Assembly: GCA_964574655.1 (NCBI GenBank)
Contig: CAZNOH010000001.1
Span: 73,852-137,851, forward strand
DNA: 64,000 nucleotides
Direction: 5' to 3'
Origin: an uncultured Candidatus Saccharibacteria bacterium
GTDB lineage: Bacteria; Patescibacteriota; JABMPQ01; JAQVVF01
The position numbers and the translations under genes are program-made. The notes under the pieces were generated by a model. It ran no database searches, was not told the DNA's origin, and saw only the letters and a list, made by a program, of their open reading frames with translations. Below, in pieces: positions 17,167 to 27,600 of the stretch; position 1 is the first letter of the stretch; the number at the start of each line of letters is the position of its first letter.

Positions 17167-18459
17167 ATGGCAAAAAAGAAAAAGAAAAAAATTATTAAAA
17201 AAACTGTAAAGAAAATGGTCAATAAAGCTAATAAAAAAATTAAGAAATCTTTTGTTTCTAAAAAAACGAAAGGTTCAAAAGAATTTTATTGCCGTGTCTG
17301 CAGTAAATATCATATAAAAAATTCTAAAATAGGAAGATCCCATCTTAGAAAATTTGTTTTGAGAAAAAAAAGCCGTCCGCAAAGAATGTTCATAGAAAAA
17401 AAGGAAATCAAAAAAGAAGATATTGATTATTTAATTAGAAAAGGACGCGAGCAAGGCTTTGTAACTGAGTATGAAATAATTTATACTATTCCTTATCTTG
17501 AAGATAACATTGATGTTTTAGAAGATTTGATTGATGAATTTATCAGAAATGGCATTGAAGTCAAAGAGCCAGAAGAAAGATTGATAATGGAAGACAAGAA
17601 AGAAAAAGCTGGATCCAAAATTGATTTAAGCGCATTATCTTCTGATTCTATTCAGATGTATTTGAGAGAAATTGGCAAGGTGCCATTATTAAAAAATGTA
17701 GAGGAAGTTGATTTGGCAAAAAGAAAAGATGCTGGAGATCAAGAGGCTTTTAAAATGTTGGTTGAAGCTAACTTGAGATTGGTTGTTTCAATTGCTAAAA
17801 AATATACTGGCCGAAATTTAACTTTGCTTGACTTAATTCAAGAAGGAAATATGGGCTTGTTCAAGGCTGTTGAAAAATTTGATTATCGCAGAGGTTATAA
17901 ATTTTCAACTTATGCAACTTGGTGGATTAGACAAGCAATAACGAGAGCTTTGGCTGATCAATCTAGAACAATCAGAATTCCTGTGCATATGGTTGAAACG
18001 ATTAATAAATTTACTCAAGTTGAAAGAAGGTTGGTTCAGGAATTGGGACGCGAGCCATTGCCAGAGGAAATTGCCGCTGAAATGGGAATTGAGATTGACA
18101 AGGCTAGAAATATAATTAAAATAAATCAAGATACTGTTTCTCTTGATACTTCTGTCGGCGATGATGATGATGAAAGCACATTGTCGGATTTTATTCAGGA
18201 TGTAAAAAGCGTTTCTCCAGATCAAGCGGCAGCTTTGAGATTATTGAAAGATCATATCAAAGAAGCGATTCAATATTTAACTCCGAGAGAACAGAAAATT
18301 CTTGAGATGCGTTTTGGATTGGTTGATGGAGTTGGACATACTTTGGAAGAGGTTGGACGAGAATTCGGCGTGACGCGTGAAAGAATTAGGCAGATTGAAG
18401 CGAAAGCATTGGAAAAAATTCGGGCTCATGATCTTGTTAAGAAGCTCCGTGAGTATTAG
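17167..18459 (+). CDS. rpoD: RNA polymerase primary sigma factor
   Basis: [57 protein letters not shown]. Confidence 0.97.
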   Translation: MAKKKKKKIIKKTVKKMVNKANKKIKKSFVSKKTKGSKEFYCRVCSKYHIKNSKIGRSHLRKFVLRKKSRPQRMFIEKKEIKKEDIDYLIRKGREQGFVTEYEIIYTIPYLEDNIDVLEDLIDEFIRNGIEVKEPEERLIMEDKKEKAGSKIDLSALSSDSIQMYLREIGKVPLLKNVEEVDLAKRKDAGDQEAFKMLVEANLRLVVSIAKKYTGRNLTLLDLIQEGNMGLFKAVEKFDYRRGYKFSTYATWWIRQAITRALADQSRTIRIPVHMVETINKFTQVERRLVQELGREPLPEEIAAEMGIEIDKARNIIKINQDTVSLDTSVGDDDDESTLSDFIQDVKSVSPDQAAALRLLKDHIKEAIQYLTPREQKILEMRFGLVDGVGHTLEEVGREFGVTRERIRQIEAKALEKIRAHDLVKKLREY

Positions 18460-18575
18460 TTGTTTGTGATATCTTTTTTAGAATAACAAAATAACTAAAT
18501 AACATAATAACAAAAGTGAATTATAAATTAGAAATTTTGTTATTTATAATTTAGTCATTTAGTTATTAATAATGT

Positions 18576-18647
18576 TCCCAGGTAGCGCAGTGGTAGCGCA
18601 GGAGACTGTTAATCTCTTGGTCGCGAGTTCGAATCTCGCCCTGGGAG
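18576..18647 (+). tRNA. tRNA-Asn(GTT), CCA not encoded
   Basis: Acceptor TCCCAGG/CCTGGGA; anticodon arm GGAGA-CTGTTAA-TCTCT; GTTCGAAT T-loop. Confidence 0.95.
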
Positions 18648-18701
18648 TTCAAAAAACAAGGTTTGATGCCTTGTTTTTTGTTGTCTAATTTTTAAAAATT
18701 A

Positions 18702-20696
18702 TTATCTTGATATTTCTCTGACAAGATCGTTGGCATAATCTGCAAGGTATATTTTTTTGTTGGCAAAATCAAATCCGTTGGGGTTGGAGAAGCGAGTATT
18801 ATTTTTTGAGCCATTTTGGAAGCCTCTTCTGCCATTACCAGAAATTAAAGAGGTGGTTTGATTGTCAAAATTGATCATTCTTAATCTTAAATTTCCAGCT
18901 TCTGTAAAATAGAGATTGCCGTCTGGTCCAATTTTGACATACACTGGAATGGATAGGCGAGCGTAAATTAAATAATCTTCAGAATAACCGCTTTTGCTTG
19001 GTCCGCCAGCTAAAGTGGAAACATAATTAGTGTCTAAATTAATGTTTCTGATAGCGCTATTATATTTGTCGGCAATGTAAAGAGTATTTCCAGAAGGTGA
19101 AACAGCAATAGTAAAAGGTCCGCGAAATTGAGCTTGATTATTATAGCCGTTAGCATAGCCTTCATTGCCTGAGCCGGCAATCAGCGAAGTTTGGCCGGTC
19201 GCAATATCGACTTTGCGAACGCGATTATTGGAAGCGTCAGCAATATATAAGGTTTTTTCATCTTTAGAAAGAGCAATGCCTGTTGGACGATCAAAATAGG
19301 CACAGCCAGCAATTCCTTTTCGCATTTCATTTTTGCAGGCTTTTCCTTCGGCATAGCCATTTCTTGATTCATTAGAAGAATTGATCTCGCCAGCGCCAGT
19401 AATGTAGGACGTTTTTTCTGTTTTAGTATCAATTTTTCTGATCCGATTATTATTGCGATCAGCAACATAAAGAGTTTTACCGTCTTTGGTTATGGCAATG
19501 CTGGTTGGGTCGGAAAGTCGGGCTTTGTTTCCTTTTCCTTCTTTATAGCTATCCATTGGATGGCCAGCAAGGTGTTGCAGTTTTTGCGATAGAAAGTTAA
19601 AAACGAAGACTTGATTATTAGCAGTAAAATACATTTTATTTTGAGCAATTGCAATATCTTTTGGCCGGCCAGCTTGGGCCTTTTTAATTTTTTTCATTTC
19701 TTGCGCGTAGCGATGTTTGCCAGCAATTCTTAATTTTGATTTTTTAGCGCCTTTTTTATTAAATTTATAAATACTTGATCCGCCATTGTAAAGAATATAT
19801 ATTTTTGGAACTAAGATTTTGTTTTTTTTGTTTTTTAATTTTACTTTTTCTTCTTTAATTAATACTTGTGATGGATAATTCAATAATTCTGTTTCTAAAA
19901 TTTTGTGCAATCTTTTTGTTTTTAGATTGCTTAGATTTATTTTCCATAATCTGTTCCAAACTCCATTATCGCTTTCAACAACATATAGAGAATTTTCGAA
20001 AACTTGAATGCCGCCGAAATTGTTGGCATTTCGGAAAACGGTAATTTTTTGTCCGGAAACTAGAGATAAACCGATCACGCCTTTCAATTGTTCGCTAGCA
20101 ATATAAAGCATGTTGTCGTTCCAGGCGAGTTTTTTTGGAGTCAAAATATCGCTATTAACAACTGACATATTATTACCGGAAAAATTAGTTTTAAGAATAC
20201 GATTATTATTGGTATCAGCAATAAATAGTTCATTGCCTTTGATCATGACATCTTTTGGTTGGCGAAGATCAGTAACAATTGTGCTGACATTATTTGTGCC
20301 GTGGTCAATTTTTCTAATTATGTTGTTGCTTGTATCGGCAACATAAATATTTTTTTGGGCATCAATGGCGATTCCTTCTGGAAAGCCGAAAGTTGCTCTA
20401 TCTGGCGAGCCGTTTATTTTGCCATAGTCGCCATTGCCGGCAATTTTGGTAACTTTACTTGTTTTGAAATTAATTTTTCGAATAATATTGTTCATGGTGT
20501 CAGCAATATAAAAATTGCCTTTGGAATCTTGGACAAAATCTTGAGACATATCAAGATAAGCTTTTAATGCTTTTTTGCCATCGCCGTAGAAGATCTTGCC
20601 AAAGTAAGTTTTGGAATCTCCCAAAGCGGCAGATGCAGGATTGACGGCGCAAAAGATTATTGCGCCGGCAATAAATGCGATGATTTTTTTGGTCAT
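18702..20696 (-). CDS. secreted NHL-repeat beta-propeller protein
   Basis: Signal peptide from MTKKII; repeated P.GIA.....LY(I/V)AD..N.RIRKID. Confidence 0.9.
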   Translation of the reverse strand: MTKKIIAFIAGAIIFCAVNPASAALGDSKTYFGKIFYGDGKKALKAYLDMSQDFVQDSKGNFYIADTMNNIIRKINFKTSKVTKIAGNGDYGKINGSPDRATFGFPEGIAIDAQKNIYVADTSNNIIRKIDHGTNNVSTIVTDLRQPKDVMIKGNELFIADTNNNRILKTNFSGNNMSVVNSDILTPKKLAWNDNMLYIASEQLKGVIGLSLVSGQKITVFRNANNFGGIQVFENSLYVVESDNGVWNRLWKINLSNLKTKRLHKILETELLNYPSQVLIKEEKVKLKNKKNKILVPKIYILYNGGSSIYKFNKKGAKKSKLRIAGKHRYAQEMKKIKKAQAGRPKDIAIAQNKMYFTANNQVFVFNFLSQKLQHLAGHPMDSYKEGKGNKARLSDPTSIAITKDGKTLYVADRNNNRIRKIDTKTEKTSYITGAGEINSSNESRNGYAEGKACKNEMRKGIAGCAYFDRPTGIALSKDEKTLYIADASNNRVRKVDIATGQTSLIAGSGNEGYANGYNNQAQFRGPFTIAVSPSGNTLYIADKYNSAIRNINLDTNYVSTLAGGPSKSGYSEDYLIYARLSIPVYVKIGPDGNLYFTEAGNLRLRMINFDNQTTSLISGNGRRGFQNGSKNNTRFSNPNGFDFANKKIYLADYANDLVREISR

Positions 20697-20906
20697 GTTG
20701 TTTTTTTTATTTTTTATAGTTTTTTTGAATTGAGTTAAGTATACCATTTTTTATTTTATTGAATAGATTTTTTTGTTTGTTAACAATTTAAGATATAATA
20801 TAATTGATTTTAAAAAAATATGCAGAGAAAAGGAGGTTGAATGCCTTGTTTTTTGTTGGCTAGTTTTGTGATATAATTATATTAATATGTTTTATTAAAA
20901 TAAATT

Positions 20907-21533
20907 ATGATTTACTTAATTGGCGGTCCTCCAAAATGTGGAAAGACGACTTTGTCAAAAAAAATATCAAAATTGTTTGGTATTCCTTGGGTTTCAACCG
21001 ATACTCTTCAGTGTGTAATTAAGCCGTATTTGGCTAATAAAAATTTATCAAAAAGTTTTCCCACTTGCGATCAGCGTTGCAAAGATAATGACGAAAAATA
21101 TTCTAAGTATTCGATAGAAGAAATTATCAAAGCATATCAACAACAGGCAAAAACTGTATATAAAGCGATAGATATGTTTGTTGAATGTGAAATTACTGAT
21201 GGCAATGATTTTATTGTTGAAGGCTATCATGTTGAGCCAGAATTAGTTTCAAAATTAAATTCAAAATATCCTGGAAAAATAAAGAGTATTTTTCTTGTAA
21301 AATCTGATATGGAAAAATTTGTTAGTGATATAAAGAAAACTACAACTCCAAATGATTGGATAATTGCGAGAACTAAAAATGAAGAAACTTATAAAAAAAT
21401 TGCAAAGATGATTTGTGAATACGGAAATTATTTTGAAAAAGAATCCGAAAAATATAGATTAAAAGTATTGAATATGGATATTGATTTTGATAATAAAATA
21501 AAAGAGGCCGTTGATTATTTGAGGGCTGAATAA
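20907..21533 (+). CDS. P-loop kinase (2-phosphoglycerate kinase-like)
   Basis: GGPPKCGKTT, STD and IVEGYH. Confidence 0.8.
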   Translation: MIYLIGGPPKCGKTTLSKKISKLFGIPWVSTDTLQCVIKPYLANKNLSKSFPTCDQRCKDNDEKYSKYSIEEIIKAYQQQAKTVYKAIDMFVECEITDGNDFIVEGYHVEPELVSKLNSKYPGKIKSIFLVKSDMEKFVSDIKKTTTPNDWIIARTKNEETYKKIAKMICEYGNYFEKESEKYRLKVLNMDIDFDNKIKEAVDYLRAE

Positions 21534-21549
21534 AATTAATTTTTATAAT

Positions 21550-21935
21550 ATGGATAAAATAAATACAATAACTAAAATTGCTATATTTCGGAAAAAAGAA
21601 ATTCGAAGAATTATTTATAAAAATGAGTGGTGGTTTTCGGTCAATGATGTTATAGAGGTTTTGATAGGTACTAAAAGACCTAGAAAGTATTGGAGTGATT
21701 TAAAGAGAAAACTATTAAAAGAAGGATATTCTCAGTTGTCCGCAAAAATCGGACGACTGAAAGTATTCTCGTTTTGGGAACATTTGAGATGTTGATAAAA
21801 AAGAGATAAGGAGCTTAATTTCTACTGGGGGACAAATTGTCTCCTCCTTTGAAATGATGGCTAAGGATGGCAAAAAAGTTTCGACGAGCAGAAATTATTT
21901 GCCAAAATTAAAAAGTAGAAAAAAACTAAATTGAT
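21550..21935 (+). pseudogene. fragmented BRO-N (phage antirepressor-like) gene
   Basis: EIRR..YKNEWWFSVNDVIEVL...RKYWSDLKRKL then early stop; out-of-frame remnants WGTNC, EMMAKDGKK, RNYLP. Confidence 0.6.
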
Positions 21936-21949
21936 TAATTTAAAATAAA

Positions 21950-24388
21950 ATGCAAAATATAGGTTTAACTTCAGAAGAAGTTTTAAAAATTCAAGAAAAA
22001 AGCGGTCAAAATGTTTTACCTTCAGAAAAGAAATTTACTTGGTTTTCTATTTTGGTCAATCAATTCAAGAGTCCAATCATCTACGTTTATTTGGCGGTTA
22101 TTGCGATATCTTTGTTTTTGAAAGAATACATTGATATTTTATTGTTAGGCGCAGTAGTTATTTTGGATGTTGCGATGGGTTTTTTTCAAGAATACAAGGC
22201 ACAAAAAACTTTAGAAGAATTAAAAAAAATCTTGAAGCCAAGAGCTGTTGTATTTCGTGATGGAAAGAATCAAGAAATAAGCTCTTCTGATCTTGTGCCG
22301 GAAGATATTGTTGTTTTAAATTCTGGAGATAAGATACCAGCTGATGGGTTTTTAGTTGAAGGAATAAATTTGTTAGTCAATGAGGCAATATTGACTGGCG
22401 AGGAGGAAGCAGTTGAGAAAACTGTAGATTCCAAAAGACGAAAACTTTTTATGGGTACAACTGTTATCTATGGTCGAGGTTTGATGAAAATAGAAAAAAT
22501 TGGCAAAGAAACCGAGATTGGTAAAATTGGAAAAAGTTTAGTAACAATTGAGGATACAAAAACGCCATTGCAGAAAAAGCTGGAAAAGTTTTCCAAAAGT
22601 ATACTTTTTATAGTTTTGGCTATTTGTGGAATAATTTTTTTGTTTGGCGTTTTGAATCATCAGGATATTTGGCAGATGTTGCGAATTTCAATTATTTTAT
22701 CAATTGCGGCAATTCCAACTGGTTTGCCAGTTGTAATAACTGTTATCCTGGCTATAGGCATGAGACGGATTTTGAAGAAAAAGGGATTAGTGAAAAATTT
22801 GTTATCAATAGAAACATTAGGATCAACTTCAGTTATTTGTACTGATAAGACTGGCACTTTAACAGCAGGAAACATGATGGTGGCAAAGACTTGGTTTATG
22901 GATGAACAAAAAGCGAACTTGGCAATGATTTTGGATAATAACCAGAGAAGCAATTTAGAAATTGCTTTGTGGAATTACTTGAAAGATGAAAAAGATCTTA
23001 ATCCGCAAGAAATTTTCAATAAGAATAAAAGATTATACGAAGAGCCTTTTGATAGCGAGAAAAAATACAGTTTGACGGTTAATGATGTTAATGGCAAGGA
23101 AATGGCTTTGTTAATGGGAGCGCCAGAACTTGTTTTGTCTTTTTGTGAATTAACTGATGAGGAAACAAAAAATATTTTAAGCAAGATTGATGAATTTGCA
23201 GAGAGCGGTTTAAGAATTTTGGGAATAGCAGGAAAGGAAGATGGCGATTTGAAAAGAACTAATGATTATAAATGGCTAGGATTAATTGGCGTGTCTGATC
23301 CGATCAGACCTGAAGTAAAAGGCGTAATTAAGAAAGCCCAAGAAGCAGGCATAAAAGTAAAAATTGTGACTGGCGATTTTCGAAAAACTGCCGAGAGAGT
23401 GGCGATGAATTTAGGCTTTGAAATTCATGACGGCAATGTTTTGGAAGGCAAGGATTTGGAAAAAATGTCGGAAACAGAATTAAAAGAAAAAATTGAAAAA
23501 ATTGTGTTGTTTTCTAGAGTGACGCCACATCAGAAATTAAAAATCGTTAAGGCTTTGCAAGATAATGGCGAGGTTGTGGCAATGACAGGCGATGGCGTGA
23601 ATGACGCACCGGCTTTGAAGAAAGCTGATATTGGCGTGGCGGTTGGATCAGCAACCGAAGTTGCAAAAGAGGCGGCTGATTTGATTTTACTGGATAATAA
23701 TTTTAAAACTATTGTTGCTGCTTGTGAAGAAGGAAGATTGATCTTTTCGAACATGAAAAAAGTGATTGGTTATTGTTTGTCTAATTCTTTTGTGGAAATT
23801 GTTTTGATTTTTGGGGCAATGCTTTTAGGATTGCCAGCGCCTTTGTTGATTGTGCAAATTCTTTTTGTGCACTTAATTTGTGATGGTCCGCCAGATATAA
23901 TTTTGAGCTTTGAGCTAAAAGAAAAAGGTTTGATGTTAGAAGTTCCAAAGAAATTAAAGTCAGAACAGATTTTGAATAGATGGATGAAGTTTTTGATTTT
24001 TACAATAAGTTTGGCTGTTGGTGGTTTTGTCTTAGGATTGTTCTGGTATTTTAATAACAAAACTGGCGATATTAATTTGGCGAGGACAATTGCTTTTGCG
24101 ACGATTGCGGCAGTTGATTTGATTTATATTTTTTCTTATAAAGATTTGCGCAATTCCATTTTTAGCATGAAGAACTTTTTTGCTAACAAATGGCTGTTTT
24201 GGGGAGTAGGCTATGGTTTTGTTTTGTTGTTGTTGGCAATTTATGTGCCTTATTTAAATAAAGCATTGCAAGTTGTGCCTTTGAGAGCGCGGGATTGGGT
24301 GTTAGTTATTGGCGTTGGATTTTTGGCGATGGTTTGGGTAGAGATTGTGAAGTGGGTAAGTAATCGTAAACGAGTTAAAAGTTCATAA
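21950..24388 (+). CDS. cation-transporting P-type ATPase (type II-like)
   Basis: DKTGTLT, TGD, MTGDGVNDAPAL; TGEE instead of TGES and IPTGL instead of IPEGL. Confidence 0.92.
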   Translation: MQNIGLTSEEVLKIQEKSGQNVLPSEKKFTWFSILVNQFKSPIIYVYLAVIAISLFLKEYIDILLLGAVVILDVAMGFFQEYKAQKTLEELKKILKPRAVVFRDGKNQEISSSDLVPEDIVVLNSGDKIPADGFLVEGINLLVNEAILTGEEEAVEKTVDSKRRKLFMGTTVIYGRGLMKIEKIGKETEIGKIGKSLVTIEDTKTPLQKKLEKFSKSILFIVLAICGIIFLFGVLNHQDIWQMLRISIILSIAAIPTGLPVVITVILAIGMRRILKKKGLVKNLLSIETLGSTSVICTDKTGTLTAGNMMVAKTWFMDEQKANLAMILDNNQRSNLEIALWNYLKDEKDLNPQEIFNKNKRLYEEPFDSEKKYSLTVNDVNGKEMALLMGAPELVLSFCELTDEETKNILSKIDEFAESGLRILGIAGKEDGDLKRTNDYKWLGLIGVSDPIRPEVKGVIKKAQEAGIKVKIVTGDFRKTAERVAMNLGFEIHDGNVLEGKDLEKMSETELKEKIEKIVLFSRVTPHQKLKIVKALQDNGEVVAMTGDGVNDAPALKKADIGVAVGSATEVAKEAADLILLDNNFKTIVAACEEGRLIFSNMKKVIGYCLSNSFVEIVLIFGAMLLGLPAPLLIVQILFVHLICDGPPDIILSFELKEKGLMLEVPKKLKSEQILNRWMKFLIFTISLAVGGFVLGLFWYFNNKTGDINLARTIAFATIAAVDLIYIFSYKDLRNSIFSMKNFFANKWLFWGVGYGFVLLLLAIYVPYLNKALQVVPLRARDWVLVIGVGFLAMVWVEIVKWVSNRKRVKSS

Positions 24389-24493
24389 AGTTTTTAAAGT
24401 TGTAAAGTGTTATTGACTTTTTGGTTTATATTAAGGTAAAATATCTAGATAATTGTTTTTGCTAGGTTCTTTTCAAAAAAAGGAGGAGACACA

Positions 24494-24931
24494 ATGTTGT
24501 ACGCGAGTGAATTAAAGAAAGATGATGTTGTGTTTGTTGTCAGAGATATTGTATTGTCTGATCGTTTATGTATTGTTCGTGGTACGAGAGCAAAAGTGAT
24601 TTGTGTTGATGATTTTCGAGCAGATTTTGAAATCGTTTCGAGTAATGATGTGGTGTTGGGTGGAACCATATTTTCACTTTATGATGCATTAGGAAGGCAT
24701 GCGAATTGTAATGAATCTGTAGCGAGTGTTGTTCTTGTTTTTCGTAAAGATGGACTCGGACCTGGTTTGGATTATGAAATTTCTGAAGGTAATGAGCCGT
24801 ATCCAATAGTTCCTGTAGATAGATTTGTGACTGTTTTTGGACCGCCAGGCATTTGGGATTCTGCTGACTGCGGTGTTGATGCTCTTACTTCTTTTGGTAG
24901 GCATGTTATTGAGTCTGAAACTAGAAGTTAG
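24494..24931 (+). CDS. orphan hypothetical protein
   Basis: TTGACT...TAAAAT promoter, AGGAGG SD, hairpin CCTAGAC..GTCTGGG plus T-run. Confidence 0.6.
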   Translation: MLYASELKKDDVVFVVRDIVLSDRLCIVRGTRAKVICVDDFRADFEIVSSNDVVLGGTIFSLYDALGRHANCNESVASVVLVFRKDGLGPGLDYEISEGNEPYPIVPVDRFVTVFGPPGIWDSADCGVDALTSFGRHVIESETRS

Positions 24932-24975
24932 TTCATTTGTGTATTGCCTAGACTTTTTTGTCTGGGTTTTTTTTA

Positions 24976-25053
24976 TTGACAAGTATTATTTATTATTATA
25001 ATATATCAATATATATTGATATGAAAAAATGCAATTGTGAAAATAAGAAGAAA
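24976..25053 (+). promoter_or_regulatory. duplicate of the arsR promoter, operator and first ~10 codons
   Basis: TTGACA-17-TAATAT; 20-bp perfect palindrome ATATCAATATATATTGATAT at 25003-25022; encodes MKKCNCENK, versus MKKCNCKNK at 27194. Confidence 0.8.
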
Positions 25054-25060
25054 AAAGGTC

Positions 25061-25099
25061 GCGAGGAGGTCCAACCTCCAGCGGGAGGTTAGACCTCCA
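25061..25099. repeat. REP-like palindrome, left of RAYT
   Basis: GGAGGTCCAACCTCC-AGCG-GGAGGTTAGACCTCC; 38/39 identical to the right copy. Confidence 0.85.
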
Positions 25100-25140
25100 G
25101 TTTAGACCTCCAGTTTAGGTTTTTTTATTTTTAATAATAA

Positions 25141-25779
25141 ATGCTAAGAAAAGTTCCATTAGAAATTGAACATTATTATCATATATGTAATCGTGGTGTT
25201 GAAAAGATGGAGATTTTTAGAAATAATTTTGATTATTTTAGATTTTTGAGATCGATGAGAGAATTCAATGTTGAGAAAGCGATTGGGAGTTTACTTGAAT
25301 TAGAGATAAGAAGAAGAAATAATCTTGAAGTAAAAGCTTCCGGCCTGGTTGATATTATTTGTTATAGCTTGGTTTATAATCATGAACATATGATTTTGAA
25401 GCAATTGCAGGAGAAGGGTATTTCAAAATTTATGCATAAATTAGAGACGGGATATGCAATGTATTTTAATAATAAATATAAGCGGTCTGGATCTCTTTTT
25501 CAAGGGAAATTTAAGTCTATTCATATTACTAGTGAAACACAGTTGTGTTGGTTAAGCGCATATGTCAATTGTAATGTCGAAGTTCATAAAATAGCCAGTG
25601 CTGAAGGTTGGATGTGGTCGAGTTATCTTGATTATATTGGCAAGAGAAATGGGACTTTGTGCAAGAAAGATATCGTATTGGCTAATTTTCAGAATGTTGA
25701 AGAATATGGGCAATATTGTAAAGAGGTAATAAAAGAGGCGCAAGAAACTAAAAGAGCAGAGAAAGAGGATGATTTTTGA
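25141..25779 (+). CDS. REP-associated tyrosine transposase (RAYT, Y1 HUH)
   Basis: YHICNRG, YSLVYNHEHM (HuH), YFNNKYKRSGSLFQGKF, AYV, WSSY. Confidence 0.9.
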   Translation: MLRKVPLEIEHYYHICNRGVEKMEIFRNNFDYFRFLRSMREFNVEKAIGSLLELEIRRRNNLEVKASGLVDIICYSLVYNHEHMILKQLQEKGISKFMHKLETGYAMYFNNKYKRSGSLFQGKFKSIHITSETQLCWLSAYVNCNVEVHKIASAEGWMWSSYLDYIGKRNGTLCKKDIVLANFQNVEEYGQYCKEVIKEAQETKRAEKEDDF

Positions 25780-25801
25780 TAAAAAATTGCTAGGAGGAGT
25801 T

Positions 25802-25840
25802 GCGAGGAGGTCCAACCTCCAGCGGGAGGTTGGACCTCCA
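25802..25840. repeat. REP-like palindrome, right of RAYT
   Basis: Perfect 15-bp IR GGAGGTCCAACCTCC/GGAGGTTGGACCTCC; direct repeat of 25061-25099. Confidence 0.85.
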
Positions 25841-25921
25841 AGAAGTAAAACCTCCAAGAAGTAAAAAATTTATAAAGTAAAAAAATCACCCCGTAATTTT
25901 GAGGTGATTTTTATTTTAGAA

Positions 25922-27016
25922 TTATCTTACAGTTAGTTTTATTTTCGGACTTTTCTTTTTATTATTAATAGTTTTTGCTTTGTAGTAGAATTTGCCTTTT
26001 TCAATTGCTTTGAATTTGTAGTCATAATAACCATTTTTCTTTTTTGTTTTTACTTGGGCTAAGAATGTAAATTCACTAGTGCCTTTTTTCTTATAGTAAA
26101 TATTAATTGCTGTGCCTTTTTTGCCTTTGGCTAACCAGCCGTAAAGTTTGGCGGTTTTATTTTTCTTGATTTTATTTTCGACAAAGGCAGCGCTTAATTT
26201 TTCTCTTTCTTGGGCCATAATTGTTTTACTGATTGTTGATGTAGCACTGGTATTGGTGTCGCCGGCTGTGAAAGTCAGATCAATATCAAAAATTACGCCG
26301 TTATCAGCAGTTACGGTTTTATTGATTGTGGATTGTTGGCCATCAATAAACAAAGCCATGTCAGCTGGAGTAACGGTCTTGCCAGACATAGTTGACATTA
26401 AGGTTAGCATTGTGCCAGGCATGTAAATTGTGTAGTAGCCTTTTAATCCGGCTGGGCCATTTAAGGTTAAACCAAAGCCCATTTGCTCTCTGGAAGTTGG
26501 AGGGCTGATTTGCCAATCAGTGATATTGGTGGAGACATAGCCGCCGGCCATGGAAGCAGGAGGTCCGGAAGTTTGAGGATTTTGCGGGGTTGGATCTTCG
26601 CCTGGAGCAATAAAGACAAAAGCTGATTCATTTGCTAGTTGGTTGTTGTCAGGAATAATAAATTGGTCGCCAATCCAGACAATTGTTGCTTGATGAGTCG
26701 TGGTATTGTAAGTGTAGCTTTGGATGAGCCCGCCGCTAATTAGTAGCATTGGAGAATAGAGTAGTTCTGTATCTGTGCCACTGACTGTAAAAATGCCAGT
26801 GTAGGTTGTGCCAGGAGCGTCATAACCAATGCCAAAAGTGACTTCTGTGCCACCTCTTGATGGTGTTGATTGGCGCGTGACTGGCGCTGCTGAGCCGTCT
26901 GAAAGCGTGATGGGAGCAGTGTCGTAGTCGACACTGTAAGCATCAGCTAATGTTGGGAGAAAGAATAGAATTCCTGCTCCAACAATAAAGAGGCTCAAGA
27001 CTAAGAGTCTTTTCAT
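25922..27016 (-). CDS. secreted Thr/Ser-rich protein with Lys-rich C-terminal domain
   Basis: Signal peptide; beta-rich composition; basic C-terminal ~90 aa. Confidence 0.75.
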   Translation of the reverse strand: MKRLLVLSLFIVGAGILFFLPTLADAYSVDYDTAPITLSDGSAAPVTRQSTPSRGGTEVTFGIGYDAPGTTYTGIFTVSGTDTELLYSPMLLISGGLIQSYTYNTTTHQATIVWIGDQFIIPDNNQLANESAFVFIAPGEDPTPQNPQTSGPPASMAGGYVSTNITDWQISPPTSREQMGFGLTLNGPAGLKGYYTIYMPGTMLTLMSTMSGKTVTPADMALFIDGQQSTINKTVTADNGVIFDIDLTFTAGDTNTSATSTISKTIMAQEREKLSAAFVENKIKKNKTAKLYGWLAKGKKGTAINIYYKKKGTSEFTFLAQVKTKKKNGYYDYKFKAIEKGKFYYKAKTINNKKKSPKIKLTVR

Positions 27017-27148
27017 GTTTTTGTGTTAATTATTTATAATACGAATTTTACGAATGGCTTTGCCCGCGAATATCACGAATAAAATTTGTAAATTTTAATA
27101 TTTATATTATAGCATATTTTGTCAAGCAGGGTTGTGAATAACTTTTAT

Positions 27149-27195
27149 TTGACAAAGACTTGTTATTATTATAATATATCAATATATATTGATAT
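27149..27195 (+). promoter_or_regulatory. arsR promoter and palindromic operator
   Basis: TTGACA-17-TAATAT; ATATCAATATATATTGATAT at 27176-27195 overlapping the ATG. Confidence 0.75.
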
Positions 27196-27493
27196 GAAAA
27201 AGTGCAACTGTAAAAATAAGAGGAAAACTGGTCTATGTTGTCATGGGCGTTTTTTGGCGATCAGCGATCAAAATAGGTTGAGGATTTTGGAATTGTTAAG
27301 CGAAAAAGAGCTTTGTGTTTGTGAAATTTATGAAAAATTAAATTTAGCGCAGAATTTAGTTTCTCATCATTTAAAAGTATTGAGTGACAGTGGATTAGTT
27401 TCTTTTAGAAAGGTTGGAAAGAATGTTTATTATAAATTAAATAAAAAAGCTGTTGATGATTTGAACAAATTATTAGAATCTTTAAATCGATAG
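27194..27493 (+). CDS. ArsR/SmtB family metalloregulator
   Basis: ELCVCEI...QNLVSHHLKVL...VYYKL; Cys-rich N-terminus. Confidence 0.92.
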   Translation: MKKCNCKNKRKTGLCCHGRFLAISDQNRLRILELLSEKELCVCEIYEKLNLAQNLVSHHLKVLSDSGLVSFRKVGKNVYYKLNKKAVDDLNKLLESLNR

Positions 27494-27600
27494 GTCGTTG
27501 TTAAATTTGGTTTCTAGGTAGAAATAATTTTGTGGAATTATATATTGTTTCATTGTTCAATTGTTCAATTGTTGAATTGTTAAATTTTAGTCAAATTATT

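Noticed and set aside
18576-18700. tRNA-Asn or tmRNA as an island attachment site
   Set aside because: No duplicated 3' end seen in the window
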